A DNA stretch of 64,000 nt from Planctomycetota bacterium (GTDB taxonomy: Bacteria; Planctomycetota; B15-G4; SIAN01). Position numbers and translations under genes: made by a program. Under the pieces are notes generated by a model that was not told the origin of the DNA, did not search any database, and saw only the letters and a list, made by a program, of their open reading frames with translations. Shown in pieces: positions 9,969 to 19,662 of this stretch. Where the stretch lies: contig JANNXA010000051.1 in NCBI GenBank assembly GCA_031409275.1, positions 64,001 through 128,000 of the forward strand, read 5' to 3'. The stretch's first letter is position 1, and each line of letters opens with the position of its first letter.

Positions 9969-11531
9969 TCAGCGCGCCGTGTAGTCGCCGCGATTCTGCG
10001 CCGCCAGCTCGCCGAGGAATTTCCGGTCGTGCTGTCCGATGCCGATCGCGTGGAGACGCACCCGTCGCCCCCGATTCCACTCGGCGACCGCGCGCAGGAT
10101 CAGTTCGGGCGCCTGCAGTCGCCCTGCCGTCGGGCGTCCATCGGTCAGAAAGAAGATGGTGTCGACGCTCGGGCCGGCCCGCCCCGCTCGCCGGCCTTCG
10201 CCCGCCCCCACCGCGAAGGCCGCCTGCAACGCGCCGTAGAGATTCGTTCCCTGGCTGGGTTGGCGCGTGCGAATGGCCGCGAGCGCTTCGTTGCGATGGC
10301 GATCGTCGGCGAGTTCGAGCGCGCCGAACACCGGTTGCGCCTCGTCGGCGTAGGTGATCACCTCGAAGCGGGCGTCGGAGGGGAGCGCCGCGAGCGCCGC
10401 GGCGAGTTGGCTCACAGCGACTTCGAGCTTGGTGCGGGTCGTGGTCGTGTCGGTCCCGCGGCGGGCCGGCTCGCGCATGCTTCCTGACAGATCGAGCACG
10501 AAGACGACGCTCTTGCTGAACGTGCCGATGCCGAAGAACTGCGTGCCGCCATCCGGAGCGCCACCGGCAGCCTCTTCCGTCCCATCGCTGCGTTGGCTCG
10601 CCGTCGGTGCTGGCGGGGCGAGGAAGGTGCCTCCCGCTTCCGACCACCACCGCCGCCAGGTCGCCGCATCGGCGGCGAAACGCTGACCGGTCATCGATGC
10701 GAGCGCGCGGCAGAGATCGTCGCGCAATCGCCCATCCGCGTGCTCCAAATGCGCGATCAACAGCGGAATCGCGCTGGCCTGATGGAACCGGCGCAGCGCC
10801 TCGATCGCCTCCGCGCGGACCCGCCAATCGGAATGGTCGAGCGCGCCGGCCGCGGCGGGAGTTGCGCCAGCGTCGCCACGCTCGCCAAGCGCCACCAAGG
10901 CAGCGATCTTCACTTCGACCGGGCTCCCCTTGTCGCGGACGAGCTCCATCAGCGGCACCATGACGCGCGGCGACGCCACCGGCCCCAGCATCTCGATCAC
11001 GAGCAGGTCGGCGTCGAGTTCGCGCTCGTCGGTGAGTTTCTGCAACAGCAGCAGCGAAAGCGCGTCGGCACCATCGTCGAGCAGCTTGCCGACCAGCTCG
11101 GCGTAGCCCGCTCGATCGACCTCGGCGAGCCGTTCCTCGATCTGGCGGGTCGCGGAGATCTCCGCGATCTCGCGCAGGAGGTCGGCGAGACGCTCATCGA
11201 GCCGGCGACGAACGCTGGTCGCCGTGGCATCCGCGGCGCTGCGCTGCGCACTGATCTCGGCGCGCTCGCGTTCGAGCTCGGGAAGCTTGGCATCGGCGCG
11301 CACCACTCGCCGCCGCGCGCGCAACCGTGCTTCGAAGAGCAGGAGGCCCGCGCGACTGTGCGGGGCGGCGACCATGGCCGCGATCGCGTCGGCGGCCGCC
11401 TGCACCCGTCCCGCCGCCAGTTGTTCGCGCCAGCGCTGCACCTGCAGCGCGTCGAGCGGCGGCTCCCCGGCGGCGGCCGTCGAGAACAGGCCGCCGAGCA
11501 GTCCGCAGCAGAGAAGGCGCCGGAGGAGCAT
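9969..11531 (-). CDS. exported HEAT-repeat + von Willebrand factor A domain protein
   Basis: Signal peptide MLLRRLLCCGLLGG..., HEAT repeats (DWRVRAEAIEAL), vWA MIDAS elements VLDLSGSM / GTNLYGAL / FLTDG. Confidence 0.8.
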   Translation of the reverse strand: MLLRRLLCCGLLGGLFSTAAAGEPPLDALQVQRWREQLAAGRVQAAADAIAAMVAAPHSRAGLLLFEARLRARRRVVRADAKLPELERERAEISAQRSAADATATSVRRRLDERLADLLREIAEISATRQIEERLAEVDRAGYAELVGKLLDDGADALSLLLLQKLTDERELDADLLVIEMLGPVASPRVMVPLMELVRDKGSPVEVKIAALVALGERGDAGATPAAAGALDHSDWRVRAEAIEALRRFHQASAIPLLIAHLEHADGRLRDDLCRALASMTGQRFAADAATWRRWWSEAGGTFLAPPAPTASQRSDGTEEAAGGAPDGGTQFFGIGTFSKSVVFVLDLSGSMREPARRGTDTTTTRTKLEVAVSQLAAALAALPSDARFEVITYADEAQPVFGALELADDRHRNEALAAIRTRQPSQGTNLYGALQAAFAVGAGEGRRAGRAGPSVDTIFFLTDGRPTAGRLQAPELILRAVAEWNRGRRVRLHAIGIGQHDRKFLGELAAQNRGDYTAR

Positions 11532-11605
11532 GGGCCCCAGGTTGACAACAGCCGCCTTGGAAGCAAGAAGGGGCCCCCCTTTCACCCGGCAGGAGCGCCC
11601 TACGG

Positions 11606-12178
11606 ATGGTCGATCAGGCGCGCATCGAAGTCGCCGTCCGCATGATCCTCGAAGCGATCGGCGAGGATCCCGCACGCGACGGACTGAAGGAGACGCCCTC
11701 GCGGGTGGCACGCATGTACGCCGAGCTTTTCTCGGGACTGACCGAGGATCCGGCGATCCACCTGAAGGCGGTCTTCGATGAGCACCACCACGAGGTGGTG
11801 CTGGTGCGCGACATCCCGTTCCACTCGACCTGCGAGCACCACCTGATGCCGTTCACCGGGCGGGCGCACGTCGCCTACATCCCCAACGGCAAGGTGATCG
11901 GCATCTCGAAGATCGCGCGCATCGTCGACGCCTTCGCCCGGCGACCGCAAGTCCAGGAACGGCTCACCAGCCAGATCGCCGACTTCCTGGTGACCGGACT
12001 CACGGCCAAAGGGGTCGCCGTCGTGATCGAAGCGACCCACACCTGCATGACCGTGCGCGGCGTGAAGAAGTCGGGCAGTGCCGTCGTGACCTCCGCCCTG
12101 CGCGGGCTCTGCCTCAAGAACCCCGCGACTCGCGAAGAGATCATGAGCCTCATCCACGCGCCGCGACGCGTGGAGTAG
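11606..12178 (+). CDS. folE: GTP cyclohydrolase I
   Basis: [46 protein letters not shown]. Confidence 0.97.
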   Translation: MVDQARIEVAVRMILEAIGEDPARDGLKETPSRVARMYAELFSGLTEDPAIHLKAVFDEHHHEVVLVRDIPFHSTCEHHLMPFTGRAHVAYIPNGKVIGISKIARIVDAFARRPQVQERLTSQIADFLVTGLTAKGVAVVIEATHTCMTVRGVKKSGSAVVTSALRGLCLKNPATREEIMSLIHAPRRVE

Positions 12179-12189
12179 GATCTCGTCCG

Positions 12190-12543
12190 ATGCTCGTCAC
12201 CAAAGAGTTCACCTTCGACTCCGCCCACAACCTGCCGAACTACCACGGCAAGTGCGAGCGGCTCCACGGCCACACCTACCGGCTCCTGGTGACGATCTCG
12301 GCGCCGGTCGACCCGGCGACGGGCATGGCGCTCGATTTCGCGATCCTCGGCGACGTCGTGGAGCGTGAAGTCGTCGCCGTGCTCGACCACCGCTACCTGA
12401 ACGAGATCATCCCGATCTCTTCGGCCGAGAACGTCGCGCTGTGGATCTGGGCCAAGCTGAAGGACCAGCTGCCGCGCGCCAAGCTCGCCGAGATCAAGCT
12501 TTGGGAGACGCCCACCTCCTCCGTGACCTTGCGCGACGAGTGA
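12190..12543 (+). CDS. queD: 6-carboxytetrahydropterin synthase
   Basis: FDSAHNL, CERLHGHTY, LDHRYLNE, SAENVA, LWET. Confidence 0.93.
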   Translation: MLVTKEFTFDSAHNLPNYHGKCERLHGHTYRLLVTISAPVDPATGMALDFAILGDVVEREVVAVLDHRYLNEIIPISSAENVALWIWAKLKDQLPRAKLAEIKLWETPTSSVTLRDE

Positions 12544-12553
12544 GCAGGGCGTC

Positions 12554-13417
12554 GTGATCGCGTCGTCGCGCCGCGCATGGTTCCGCCGCGTTGGCGCCGC
12601 CGTGCTCGTGGCTCTCTCGGCGATCGGTTGCGACCAGCGGCCGGAGCGCTCCGCCACTGGTGAGCCACCGCATCGCATCGTCTCCTTGGCGCCGAGCTGC
12701 ACGGAGACGCTGCTCGCGCTCGGAGTGGCGCCGCTGCTGGTCGGCGTCAGCGACTACTGCCCGGAACTTCCAGCAGCCTGCCACGCGACGCGGGTCGGCG
12801 GCCTCGAGAACCTGAACGTCGAAGCGCTCGTCGGTCTCGCGCCCGACCTCGTGCTCACCGTGCAGGCCTCCGACGATCGCGGCCTCGCGGCCCTCGCTCG
12901 CCTTGGCGTCACGGTCCGCGGCAGCAATCCGCAGTCGATCGACGCCATGCTGGCCGAAGTCGAGGCGCTCGCGACCCTGGTCGGCGTACCGGAGCGCGGG
13001 CGCGAACTGACCGCTGCGCTGCGAGCGCGGCTCCGCGCTCTGGCGGTCGAGGTCGACGCGCGCCCGCATCGCCCCCTCGTCTACGTCGAGGTCGACGAGC
13101 CGGGATGCTGGACCATCGGCCGCGGCAGCTTCGTCCACGAAGCGCTGCTCCTGGCGGGCGGCCGCAACGTGTTCGCCGACGTCGCGCACAGCTACTTCCA
13201 GGCGAGCCAGGAGGAGCTGATCGGGCGCGCGCCCGAAGTGATCGTGCTGCTCCATCCGATCGTCCGTCCGCTGGCGGAGCGGCCCGAGATCGCCGCGCTC
13301 GCCGCCTGGCGCGACGGCCACGTCATCGCGGAACTCGACCGCGACGCGCTGCTGCGTTCGAGCCCGCGACTCGTCGACGGCATCGAGGCGCTGGCGCGCC
13401 GGCTGGCCGCACCGTGA
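12554..13417 (+). CDS. BtuF-like periplasmic binding lipoprotein (cobalamin/Fe-siderophore class)
   Basis: Lipobox-like SAIGC, RIVSLAPSCTETLLALG, LVGVSDYC, PDLVL, GGRNVF. Confidence 0.85.
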   Translation: MIASSRRAWFRRVGAAVLVALSAIGCDQRPERSATGEPPHRIVSLAPSCTETLLALGVAPLLVGVSDYCPELPAACHATRVGGLENLNVEALVGLAPDLVLTVQASDDRGLAALARLGVTVRGSNPQSIDAMLAEVEALATLVGVPERGRELTAALRARLRALAVEVDARPHRPLVYVEVDEPGCWTIGRGSFVHEALLLAGGRNVFADVAHSYFQASQEELIGRAPEVIVLLHPIVRPLAERPEIAALAAWRDGHVIAELDRDALLRSSPRLVDGIEALARRLAAP

Positions 13418-14430
13418 TCCGCTCTCCATCGCGCGCATTGGCGCTGTTGGCGCTGGTGCTGCTGGCGGCGTTCGCCGCGGCGCTCCTCATCGGTCCGCAG
13501 GGGTGGCCAAGCGAGTCGATCCTGCGGCTGCGCCTCTCGCGCGCCGAGCTCGCGGTGATCGTCGGCGCAGGACTCGCCTGCACCGGAACGGTGCTGCAGG
13601 CCCTTTCAGGCAATCCGCTCGCCGACCCATTCGTGATCGGCGCGTCGAGCGGCGCCGCCGTCGGCGTCGTGGTCGCGCGCTGGTGCGGCGTCGAGCTCAC
13701 GTCGCGTTGGCTGCCGCTCTTCACCGTGGTGGGCGCCTACGCGGCGATCGTGCTGGTGCTGCGGATCGCGCGTGCCGGCGGGCGTACTCCCGTGCAAACG
13801 CTGCTGCTGGCGGGCGTCACCGTGAGCACGCTCGGCACCGCGATCGTGCTGCTCTACTACAACTTCCAGACCGGCACCGGCGACGCCGGGCGCACGATGC
13901 TCTTCTTGATGGGCAACCTGAGCGAGAGCAAGCCGGAGCTGATCGGGCTGGCGGCGGGCTGCGTCGCGCTCGGCATCGTCGCGGCGGGACTCTCCGCGCG
14001 CGCGCTCGACGCCTTCGCGTCGGGCGAAGCGACGGCGCGCCACCTCGGCGTCGACGTCGAACGCTGCAAGCTCGGCTTCTGCCTGCTCTCGGCCGCGCTG
14101 GTCGGCGTCGTCGTCGCCGTCGCCGGAATGATCGGCTTCGTCGGCCTGATCGTGCCGCACGCCGCGCGCGCCATGGTCGGCCACTCCCATCGCCGGCTGA
14201 TCGCCGCATCGGCGCTGGCCGGCGCGACGTTCCTGCTGCTGGCCGACCTCGCCGCGCGCACCGTCGCGGTTCCGCGCGAACTTTCGGTCGGCGCCATCAC
14301 GGCGCTGTGCGGCGGCCCCTTCTTCCTGCTGCTGTTGCGCCGCCGCGTGCGCGAACGCGACGCGCTGTCGCACGAACTCGATCCTCGCGCGAAAGCGTCC
14401 GTCGTTCCGCCCACCGAGACATCGCGATGA
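13414..14430 (+). CDS. FecCD/BtuC-family ABC permease
   Basis: NPLADPFVIGASSGAA, ARHLGVDVE, GMIGFVGLIVPH, DLAART; GTG start overlaps the upstream stop. Confidence 0.9.
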   Translation: MIRSPSRALALLALVLLAAFAAALLIGPQGWPSESILRLRLSRAELAVIVGAGLACTGTVLQALSGNPLADPFVIGASSGAAVGVVVARWCGVELTSRWLPLFTVVGAYAAIVLVLRIARAGGRTPVQTLLLAGVTVSTLGTAIVLLYYNFQTGTGDAGRTMLFLMGNLSESKPELIGLAAGCVALGIVAAGLSARALDAFASGEATARHLGVDVERCKLGFCLLSAALVGVVVAVAGMIGFVGLIVPHAARAMVGHSHRRLIAASALAGATFLLLADLAARTVAVPRELSVGAITALCGGPFFLLLLRRRVRERDALSHELDPRAKASVVPPTETSR

Positions 14431-15218
14431 GCGCGCCGCTGCTGGTCTTCGACCACGCGACGATCGGCCGCGCCGGCTGCGAGCTGCTGCGCGACGTCAC
14501 GTTTTCCGTCGCCACCGGCGAGCTGGTCGCGATCCTCGGCCTGAACGGCATCGGCAAGAGCACGCTGCTCGCTGCCGCGCTCGGCGACGAAGCGCCGCTT
14601 GGCGGAAGCGTCACCCTCTGCGGTCGTCCGCCGGCGTCGTTGCGCGCACGCGAGCGGGCGCGCCTCGTCGCGATGCTGCCGGAAGCGGAGCCGCTGCCCT
14701 ACGACGTCCCGGTCCGTGACGTGATCGAGCTCGGCCGCTTTGCTCACCTCGGTCTGCTCGGCCGGTTCGGCCCCGCCGACCTGCAGGCGCTCACGCGCGC
14801 CATCGAGTGGACCCAGGTCGGCCCGCTGCTAGCGCGCGGCATCAACGAGCTGTCGGCGGGAGAGCGACAGCGCGTCTTGCTCGCGCGCGCCTTCGCGCAG
14901 GAGCCGAAGCTGGTCCTGCTCGACGAGCCGACCGCGCACCTCGATCCGGGCCGTCAGCTGCAGGTGATGGCGACGCTGCGGGAGCGCGTCGACGAGGGGA
15001 CGCTCGGCGTCTTGGCGGTCCTCCATGACCCGAACCTCGCCGGAAGATTCGCCGACCGCATCGTGCTGCTGGGCGCGGGCGGGGTGCTGGCGATGGGCCC
15101 CCCAAACGAGGTGCTGCGGCCGGAGCTGTTGGCGCGTGCCTACGACGTCGCGTTCCGCTGCATCGCCGATCCGGAGGGCGGCACTCCTTACGTCTTCGCC
15201 GACGCCGGTCGCCGCTGA
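14427..15218 (+). CDS. FecE/BtuD-family ABC ATP-binding protein
   Basis: GLNGIGKS Walker A, LSAGERQR signature, LLDEPTAHLD, VLHD; ATGA overlap with the permease. Confidence 0.9.
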   Translation: MSAPLLVFDHATIGRAGCELLRDVTFSVATGELVAILGLNGIGKSTLLAAALGDEAPLGGSVTLCGRPPASLRARERARLVAMLPEAEPLPYDVPVRDVIELGRFAHLGLLGRFGPADLQALTRAIEWTQVGPLLARGINELSAGERQRVLLARAFAQEPKLVLLDEPTAHLDPGRQLQVMATLRERVDEGTLGVLAVLHDPNLAGRFADRIVLLGAGGVLAMGPPNEVLRPELLARAYDVAFRCIADPEGGTPYVFADAGRR

Positions 15219-15591
15219 CCCCGTCGCCGCATCGAACTTCACGCGGCGCCGCCGTGGCCAAACGGTACGCAAGCTGAGGAGAAGATCGTCGCCGCTGGCG
15301 AGCGGTTGTTTCGCACGCGCGGCGGCGTATCGTCCGCCGCTTCGTTCGTTCCGCCGGCACCAGCGACCGGCAACGCGAGGAATCTTCGGGGCGGGCGCCG
15401 GAAAAGTCCGCGGCGTGAAGCTCCGAGCCGTTCCCCGGCGACGCGACCTCCCCCGCGAGGGGGCGGCCGCTTCGCGTGGCGTTGCGATCGTTCGGGTCGG
15501 AGAGGGCTTTGCGTCGCGCGGCCGTTTCGAAGCGACCTCTTCCCGCCGACGCGATTCCGGACAGGACGACCGTCCCGAGGATTCTCGACGC

Positions 15592-16125
15592 ATGAGCCTG
15601 ATCGAGCATTACCAGGCGGTCCTGATCTTCCTGCTGATCGGCGTCGCGATGGTCGTGTCGCCGATGATCTTCCTTGCCTTGCTGCGGCCCAAGACGCCGA
15701 GCATCGCCAAGTCGACCCCGTACGAATGCGGGATGGAGCCGGTCGGCGACGCTCAGGTCTGCTTCGACCTGCGCTTCTATTCCGACGCGCTGATCTTCGT
15801 CGTGTTCGACGTCGAAGCGGTCTTCATGTTTCCGTGGGCGCGGGTCTACCGCTCGTTCGTCGCGGAGGGGAATGGCGGCTTCGCGCTCAGCGAGGGCGCG
15901 ATTTTCGTCGGCATCCTCGCCCTAGGGCTCGCCTACGTCTGGCTGAAGGGCGACATCGACTGGAACAAGGCGCTGACCGAGGGGCGCGGCGTCGTGCGGC
16001 GGGAAGGGCTCGTGCCGACGATTCCGCAGCAGGTTCCCGACGCTCCTGAACCGGAGCCCGAACTCGAGCCGGTGGTGGCAGCGGCCGCGCCGGTCGCCAC
16101 GGCCAGCCACGCGGCCCATCACTGA
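15592..16125 (+). CDS. nuoA: NADH-quinone oxidoreductase subunit A (C-terminally extended)
   Basis: KSTPYECG, FVVFDVEAVFMFPW, YVWLKGDIDW. Confidence 0.93.
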   Translation: MSLIEHYQAVLIFLLIGVAMVVSPMIFLALLRPKTPSIAKSTPYECGMEPVGDAQVCFDLRFYSDALIFVVFDVEAVFMFPWARVYRSFVAEGNGGFALSEGAIFVGILALGLAYVWLKGDIDWNKALTEGRGVVRREGLVPTIPQQVPDAPEPEPELEPVVAAAAPVATASHAAHH

Positions 16126-16158
16126 TCGACGCCAAGTCGCTTCCGAGCGGAGCAGCGC

Positions 16159-16773
16159 ATGGGACTCTTCGAACGCAGCCTTCCTGACGTCTATCTGACG
16201 CGCCTTGCGGACCTCGCGGTCAACTGGGGCCGCTCGTCGTCGATCTGGCCGATGACCTTCGGCATCGCCTGCTGCGCCATCGAGATGATGGCCGTCGGCG
16301 CGGCGACCTTCGACATGGACCGCTTCGGCGCCGGCGCCTTCCGCGCGACGCCTCGCCAAGCCGACCTGATGATCGTCGCGGGCACCGTGAACGCGAAGAT
16401 GGCGCACGTCGTGCGCCGCCTCTACGACCAGATGCCCGACCCCAAGTATGTGATGGCGATGGGCGCCTGCACGGTCGGCGGCGGCCCCTACTGGAAGCAC
16501 GGCTACAACGTCGTGAAGGGCATCGATCGCTTCGTGCCGGTCGACGTCCACGTGCCCGGCTGCCCGCCGCGGCCCGAGGCGATCATCGAGGGCGTTCGCT
16601 TCCTGCAGAGGAAGATCATGGCGAAGCGCGTCCTCGCCGACGGCTTGCCACAGACGCCCGACTTCACCGGGGTCTCGGTGTCGCCAGGCACGGTCGGCAT
16701 CCTCGATCCGACCGTCAAGGTGACCAGCACGACCGCCGGCCCCGCCCTTCCGCTCATCGGAGCCAAGGCGTGA
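16159..16773 (+). CDS. nuoB: NADH-quinone oxidoreductase subunit B
   Basis: [35 protein letters not shown]. Confidence 0.96.
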   Translation: MGLFERSLPDVYLTRLADLAVNWGRSSSIWPMTFGIACCAIEMMAVGAATFDMDRFGAGAFRATPRQADLMIVAGTVNAKMAHVVRRLYDQMPDPKYVMAMGACTVGGGPYWKHGYNVVKGIDRFVPVDVHVPGCPPRPEAIIEGVRFLQRKIMAKRVLADGLPQTPDFTGVSVSPGTVGILDPTVKVTSTTAGPALPLIGAKA

Positions 16774-17300
16774 CGGCAGCCGAAGCGCTCGAGCAACTGA
16801 AGAAGGATGGGCTTGCGACCGGGGTCGAACTCTTCCCCGGCCCGAAGGACGCCGCGCTGATCGTTCCGCGCGAGCGGGTGAAGGCCGTGCTGCGGCACCT
16901 TCGCGACGCGCGTCCGTTCGCGTGCGACCTGCTCGTGCTGATCACCGGCACCCACATGACCGAGAAGAAGGACGCCAAGGGCGTGCTGGTCCGCGAGGCG
17001 GGCTTCGAGGTCATCTGGCATCTGCGCTCGATCCAGAATCGCTCGCTGCTGGCCGTGAAGTGCAAGCTCCCGACGAACGACCCGACGGTCGACTCAGTGG
17101 CCGATCTGTGGGCCGCCGCCAACTGGCACGAGCGCGAGACGTGGGACCTCGTGGGCATCCGCTTCACCGGCCACCCCGACCTGCGCCGGATCCTCCTGCC
17201 GGAAGGCTGGGAGGGCCACCCGCTGCGCAAGGACTACGCGTATCCCAAGGAGTTCCAGGGGATCAACTTGGAGGTCGACGCCCCATGGCCGACTCCGTGA
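16770..17300 (+). CDS. nuoC: NADH-quinone oxidoreductase subunit C
   Basis: [40 protein letters not shown]. Confidence 0.95.
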   Translation: MTAAEALEQLKKDGLATGVELFPGPKDAALIVPRERVKAVLRHLRDARPFACDLLVLITGTHMTEKKDAKGVLVREAGFEVIWHLRSIQNRSLLAVKCKLPTNDPTVDSVADLWAAANWHERETWDLVGIRFTGHPDLRRILLPEGWEGHPLRKDYAYPKEFQGINLEVDAPWPTP

Positions 17301-18493
17301 GCGCGACCACTGCCCCATCGAAGACGCTGCTGTTCCCGGGCGATCCGTTGCGCCCGCCGGACACCTACGTCGACGTCCGCACGCAAGAGCTGCAGATCAA
17401 CATGGGGCCGCAGCACCCGTCGACGCACGGCGTCTTGCGCCTCGCGATCTGGGTCGACGGCGAGATCGTCACGCGCGCCGACCCCGACATCGGCTACCTC
17501 CATCGCTGCGCCGAGAAGATCGGCGAGTCGGTGTCGTGCATCCAGTACGTGCCGTACACCGATCGCTACGACTACCTCGCGGCGATGAACAACAACCTCG
17601 GCTACTGCCTCGCGGTCGAGAAGGTGGCGGAAGTCGAGGTTCCCGAGCGCGCCCAGTACATCCGCACCATCGCGGTCGAGCTCAACCGCATCGCGTCGCA
17701 CCTCGTCGCGATCGGCACCTACGGACTCGACCTCGGCGCGTTCACGCCGTTCTTCTATGCGTTCCGCGAACGTGAGGAGATCCTGCGACTCCTCGAGTGG
17801 ATCTGCGGCGCGCGGCTCACCTACAACTTCATCCGCATCGGCGGAGTGATGCGCGACACGCCGGCCGGCTGGATCGAGGACATCCGCAAGTTCCTCGACC
17901 TGTTCGAGACGCGCCTCGACGAGTTCAACGACCTCCTCACCCACAACCACATCTTCGTGGGACGGACGGCCAACGTCGGCGTGCTCTCGATCGAAGACGC
18001 GGTCCGCTACGGGCTCACCGGCCCGAACCTGCGCGGCTCCGGCCTGCGCTACGACCTGCGCCGCGAACAGCCCTACCTGCTCTATGACCGCTTCACCTTC
18101 GACATCCCGGTCGGCACCGGCATCAAGGGCACGGTCGGCGATTGTTGGGATCGCTACTGGGTGCGCCTGCTCGAGATGCGCGAGAGCGTCCGGATCGTCC
18201 GCCAGGCGATCGACCAGCTGCCGACGGGCGGCGAGATCATGGCGAAGAACGTGCGCCACCTCGCCTTCAAGAGCAAGGCCGGCGAGGGCTACCTCGGCAT
18301 CGAGAACCCGCGCGGCGAGCTCGGCTACTACCTGATCTCCGACGGCGGCGCGAACAGCTATCGCAGCCGCATCCGTGCCCCGAGCTTCTGCAACCTGTCG
18401 ATCCTCGAGTCGATGCTGCCCGGAACGATGCTCGCCGACGCAGTCGCGATCATCGGCTCGATCGACATCGTGCTCGGCGAAGTCGACCGCTAA
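17285..18493 (+). CDS. nuoD: NADH-quinone oxidoreductase subunit D
   Basis: NMGPQHPSTHGVLRL, ELNRIASHL, ENPRGELG, C-terminal DIVLGEVDR; no hydrogenase CxxC pairs. Confidence 0.96.
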   Translation: MADSVSATTAPSKTLLFPGDPLRPPDTYVDVRTQELQINMGPQHPSTHGVLRLAIWVDGEIVTRADPDIGYLHRCAEKIGESVSCIQYVPYTDRYDYLAAMNNNLGYCLAVEKVAEVEVPERAQYIRTIAVELNRIASHLVAIGTYGLDLGAFTPFFYAFREREEILRLLEWICGARLTYNFIRIGGVMRDTPAGWIEDIRKFLDLFETRLDEFNDLLTHNHIFVGRTANVGVLSIEDAVRYGLTGPNLRGSGLRYDLRREQPYLLYDRFTFDIPVGTGIKGTVGDCWDRYWVRLLEMRESVRIVRQAIDQLPTGGEIMAKNVRHLAFKSKAGEGYLGIENPRGELGYYLISDGGANSYRSRIRAPSFCNLSILESMLPGTMLADAVAIIGSIDIVLGEVDR

Positions 18494-18512
18494 GCCTTAC
18501 GGAGAGAGAAGA

Positions 18513-19637
18513 GTGGATTCTCTGGTGCCGTTCCTCGAGAACGCGTGGGGCTGGGCGACCGGCTCTGCGTTCACGTTTTCGATGATCCTCTCCGTGCTGG
18601 CCGTGGTCGCCTTCATCTCGGTGTGGGCGATGTTCGCGGTCTGGCTGGAGCGCAAGGCGTCGGCCGACTTCCAGGTGCGCCTCGGTCCCAACCGCGTCGG
18701 CGGCCGCTTCGGTCTGCTCCAGACCCTGGCGGACGGCTTGAAGCTCGCCTTCAAGGAAGACCTCATTCCGCGCGACGCGGACAAGTTCCTCTTCGCGATC
18801 GCGCCCGCCATCGCCTTCTGCGGCGCCTTCGCCGCCTTCGCGGTGCTCCCGTTCACCCCAGCGGTGAACGCCGTCGACATCAACCTCGGCGTCTTCTTCG
18901 TCGTCGCGGTGACCGCGATCGGCGTCATCGGCGTGCTGATGGCCGGCTGGTCGTCGAACAACAAGTGGTCGCTCTACGGCGCCATGCGCGAAGCGGCGCA
19001 GCTGATCTCCTATGAGATCCCGAGCGCGCTCGCGTTGATGGTCCCGGTGTTGGTGACCGGCAGCCTGAACTTGAAGGAGATCGTCGGCTTCCAGTGCCTG
19101 CCGAGCGACGGCGTGCTGGACCACGAAGGGCTGATCTACTTCTCCAACCACGGCTGGCTCGCGTTCTACAGCCCGTGGACGTTCGTCGCGTTCATCGTCT
19201 ACTACATCGCGTCGCTCGCCGAGTGCAAACGCGCGCCGTTCGACCTGCCCGAAGCGGAGTCGGAGCTCGTCTCCGGATTCCACACCGAATACTCGGGCAT
19301 GCGCTTCTCGTTCTTCTTCCTCGAAGAGTACGGGATGATGTTCATCGTCTCGGCGGTGGCGGCGCTGGTCTTCCTCGGCGGTTGGCAGCCTCTGCCTTGG
19401 GTCAGCCTCAACATGGGCGGCCCAATCGGGAACCTCTTCTTCCTCGGCGTGTTCCTCGCCAAGTCCGTCTTCTTGCTCTGGGTCCAGATCTGGCTGCGGT
19501 GGACGTTGCCGCGCATGCGCGTCGATCAGGTGATGGTGATGGGCTACAAGTACCTCATCCCCATCTCGCTCGTCGCGCTGCTGATGATGGCCGTCTACGA
19601 GTACTGGGGGGTGCGCTACCTCCCGGGCCTCTTCTGA
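18513..19637 (+). CDS. nuoH: NADH-quinone oxidoreductase subunit H
   Basis: WLERK..QVRLGPNRVG, GLLQTLADGLK, SYEIP, RAPFDLPEAESELVSGFHTEYSG, WTLPRMRVDQ. Confidence 0.96.
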   Translation: MDSLVPFLENAWGWATGSAFTFSMILSVLAVVAFISVWAMFAVWLERKASADFQVRLGPNRVGGRFGLLQTLADGLKLAFKEDLIPRDADKFLFAIAPAIAFCGAFAAFAVLPFTPAVNAVDINLGVFFVVAVTAIGVIGVLMAGWSSNNKWSLYGAMREAAQLISYEIPSALALMVPVLVTGSLNLKEIVGFQCLPSDGVLDHEGLIYFSNHGWLAFYSPWTFVAFIVYYIASLAECKRAPFDLPEAESELVSGFHTEYSGMRFSFFFLEEYGMMFIVSAVAALVFLGGWQPLPWVSLNMGGPIGNLFFLGVFLAKSVFLLWVQIWLRWTLPRMRVDQVMVMGYKYLIPISLVALLMMAVYEYWGVRYLPGLF

Positions 19638-19662
19638 ACGGGCGCGCCACGGGAGCGATCCG

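Noticed and set aside
16159..18493. Group 4 [NiFe]-hydrogenase interpretation of the nuoEFG-less cluster
   Set aside because: NuoD has no CxxC nickel ligands and ends in GEVDR; nuoA, J and K are present.
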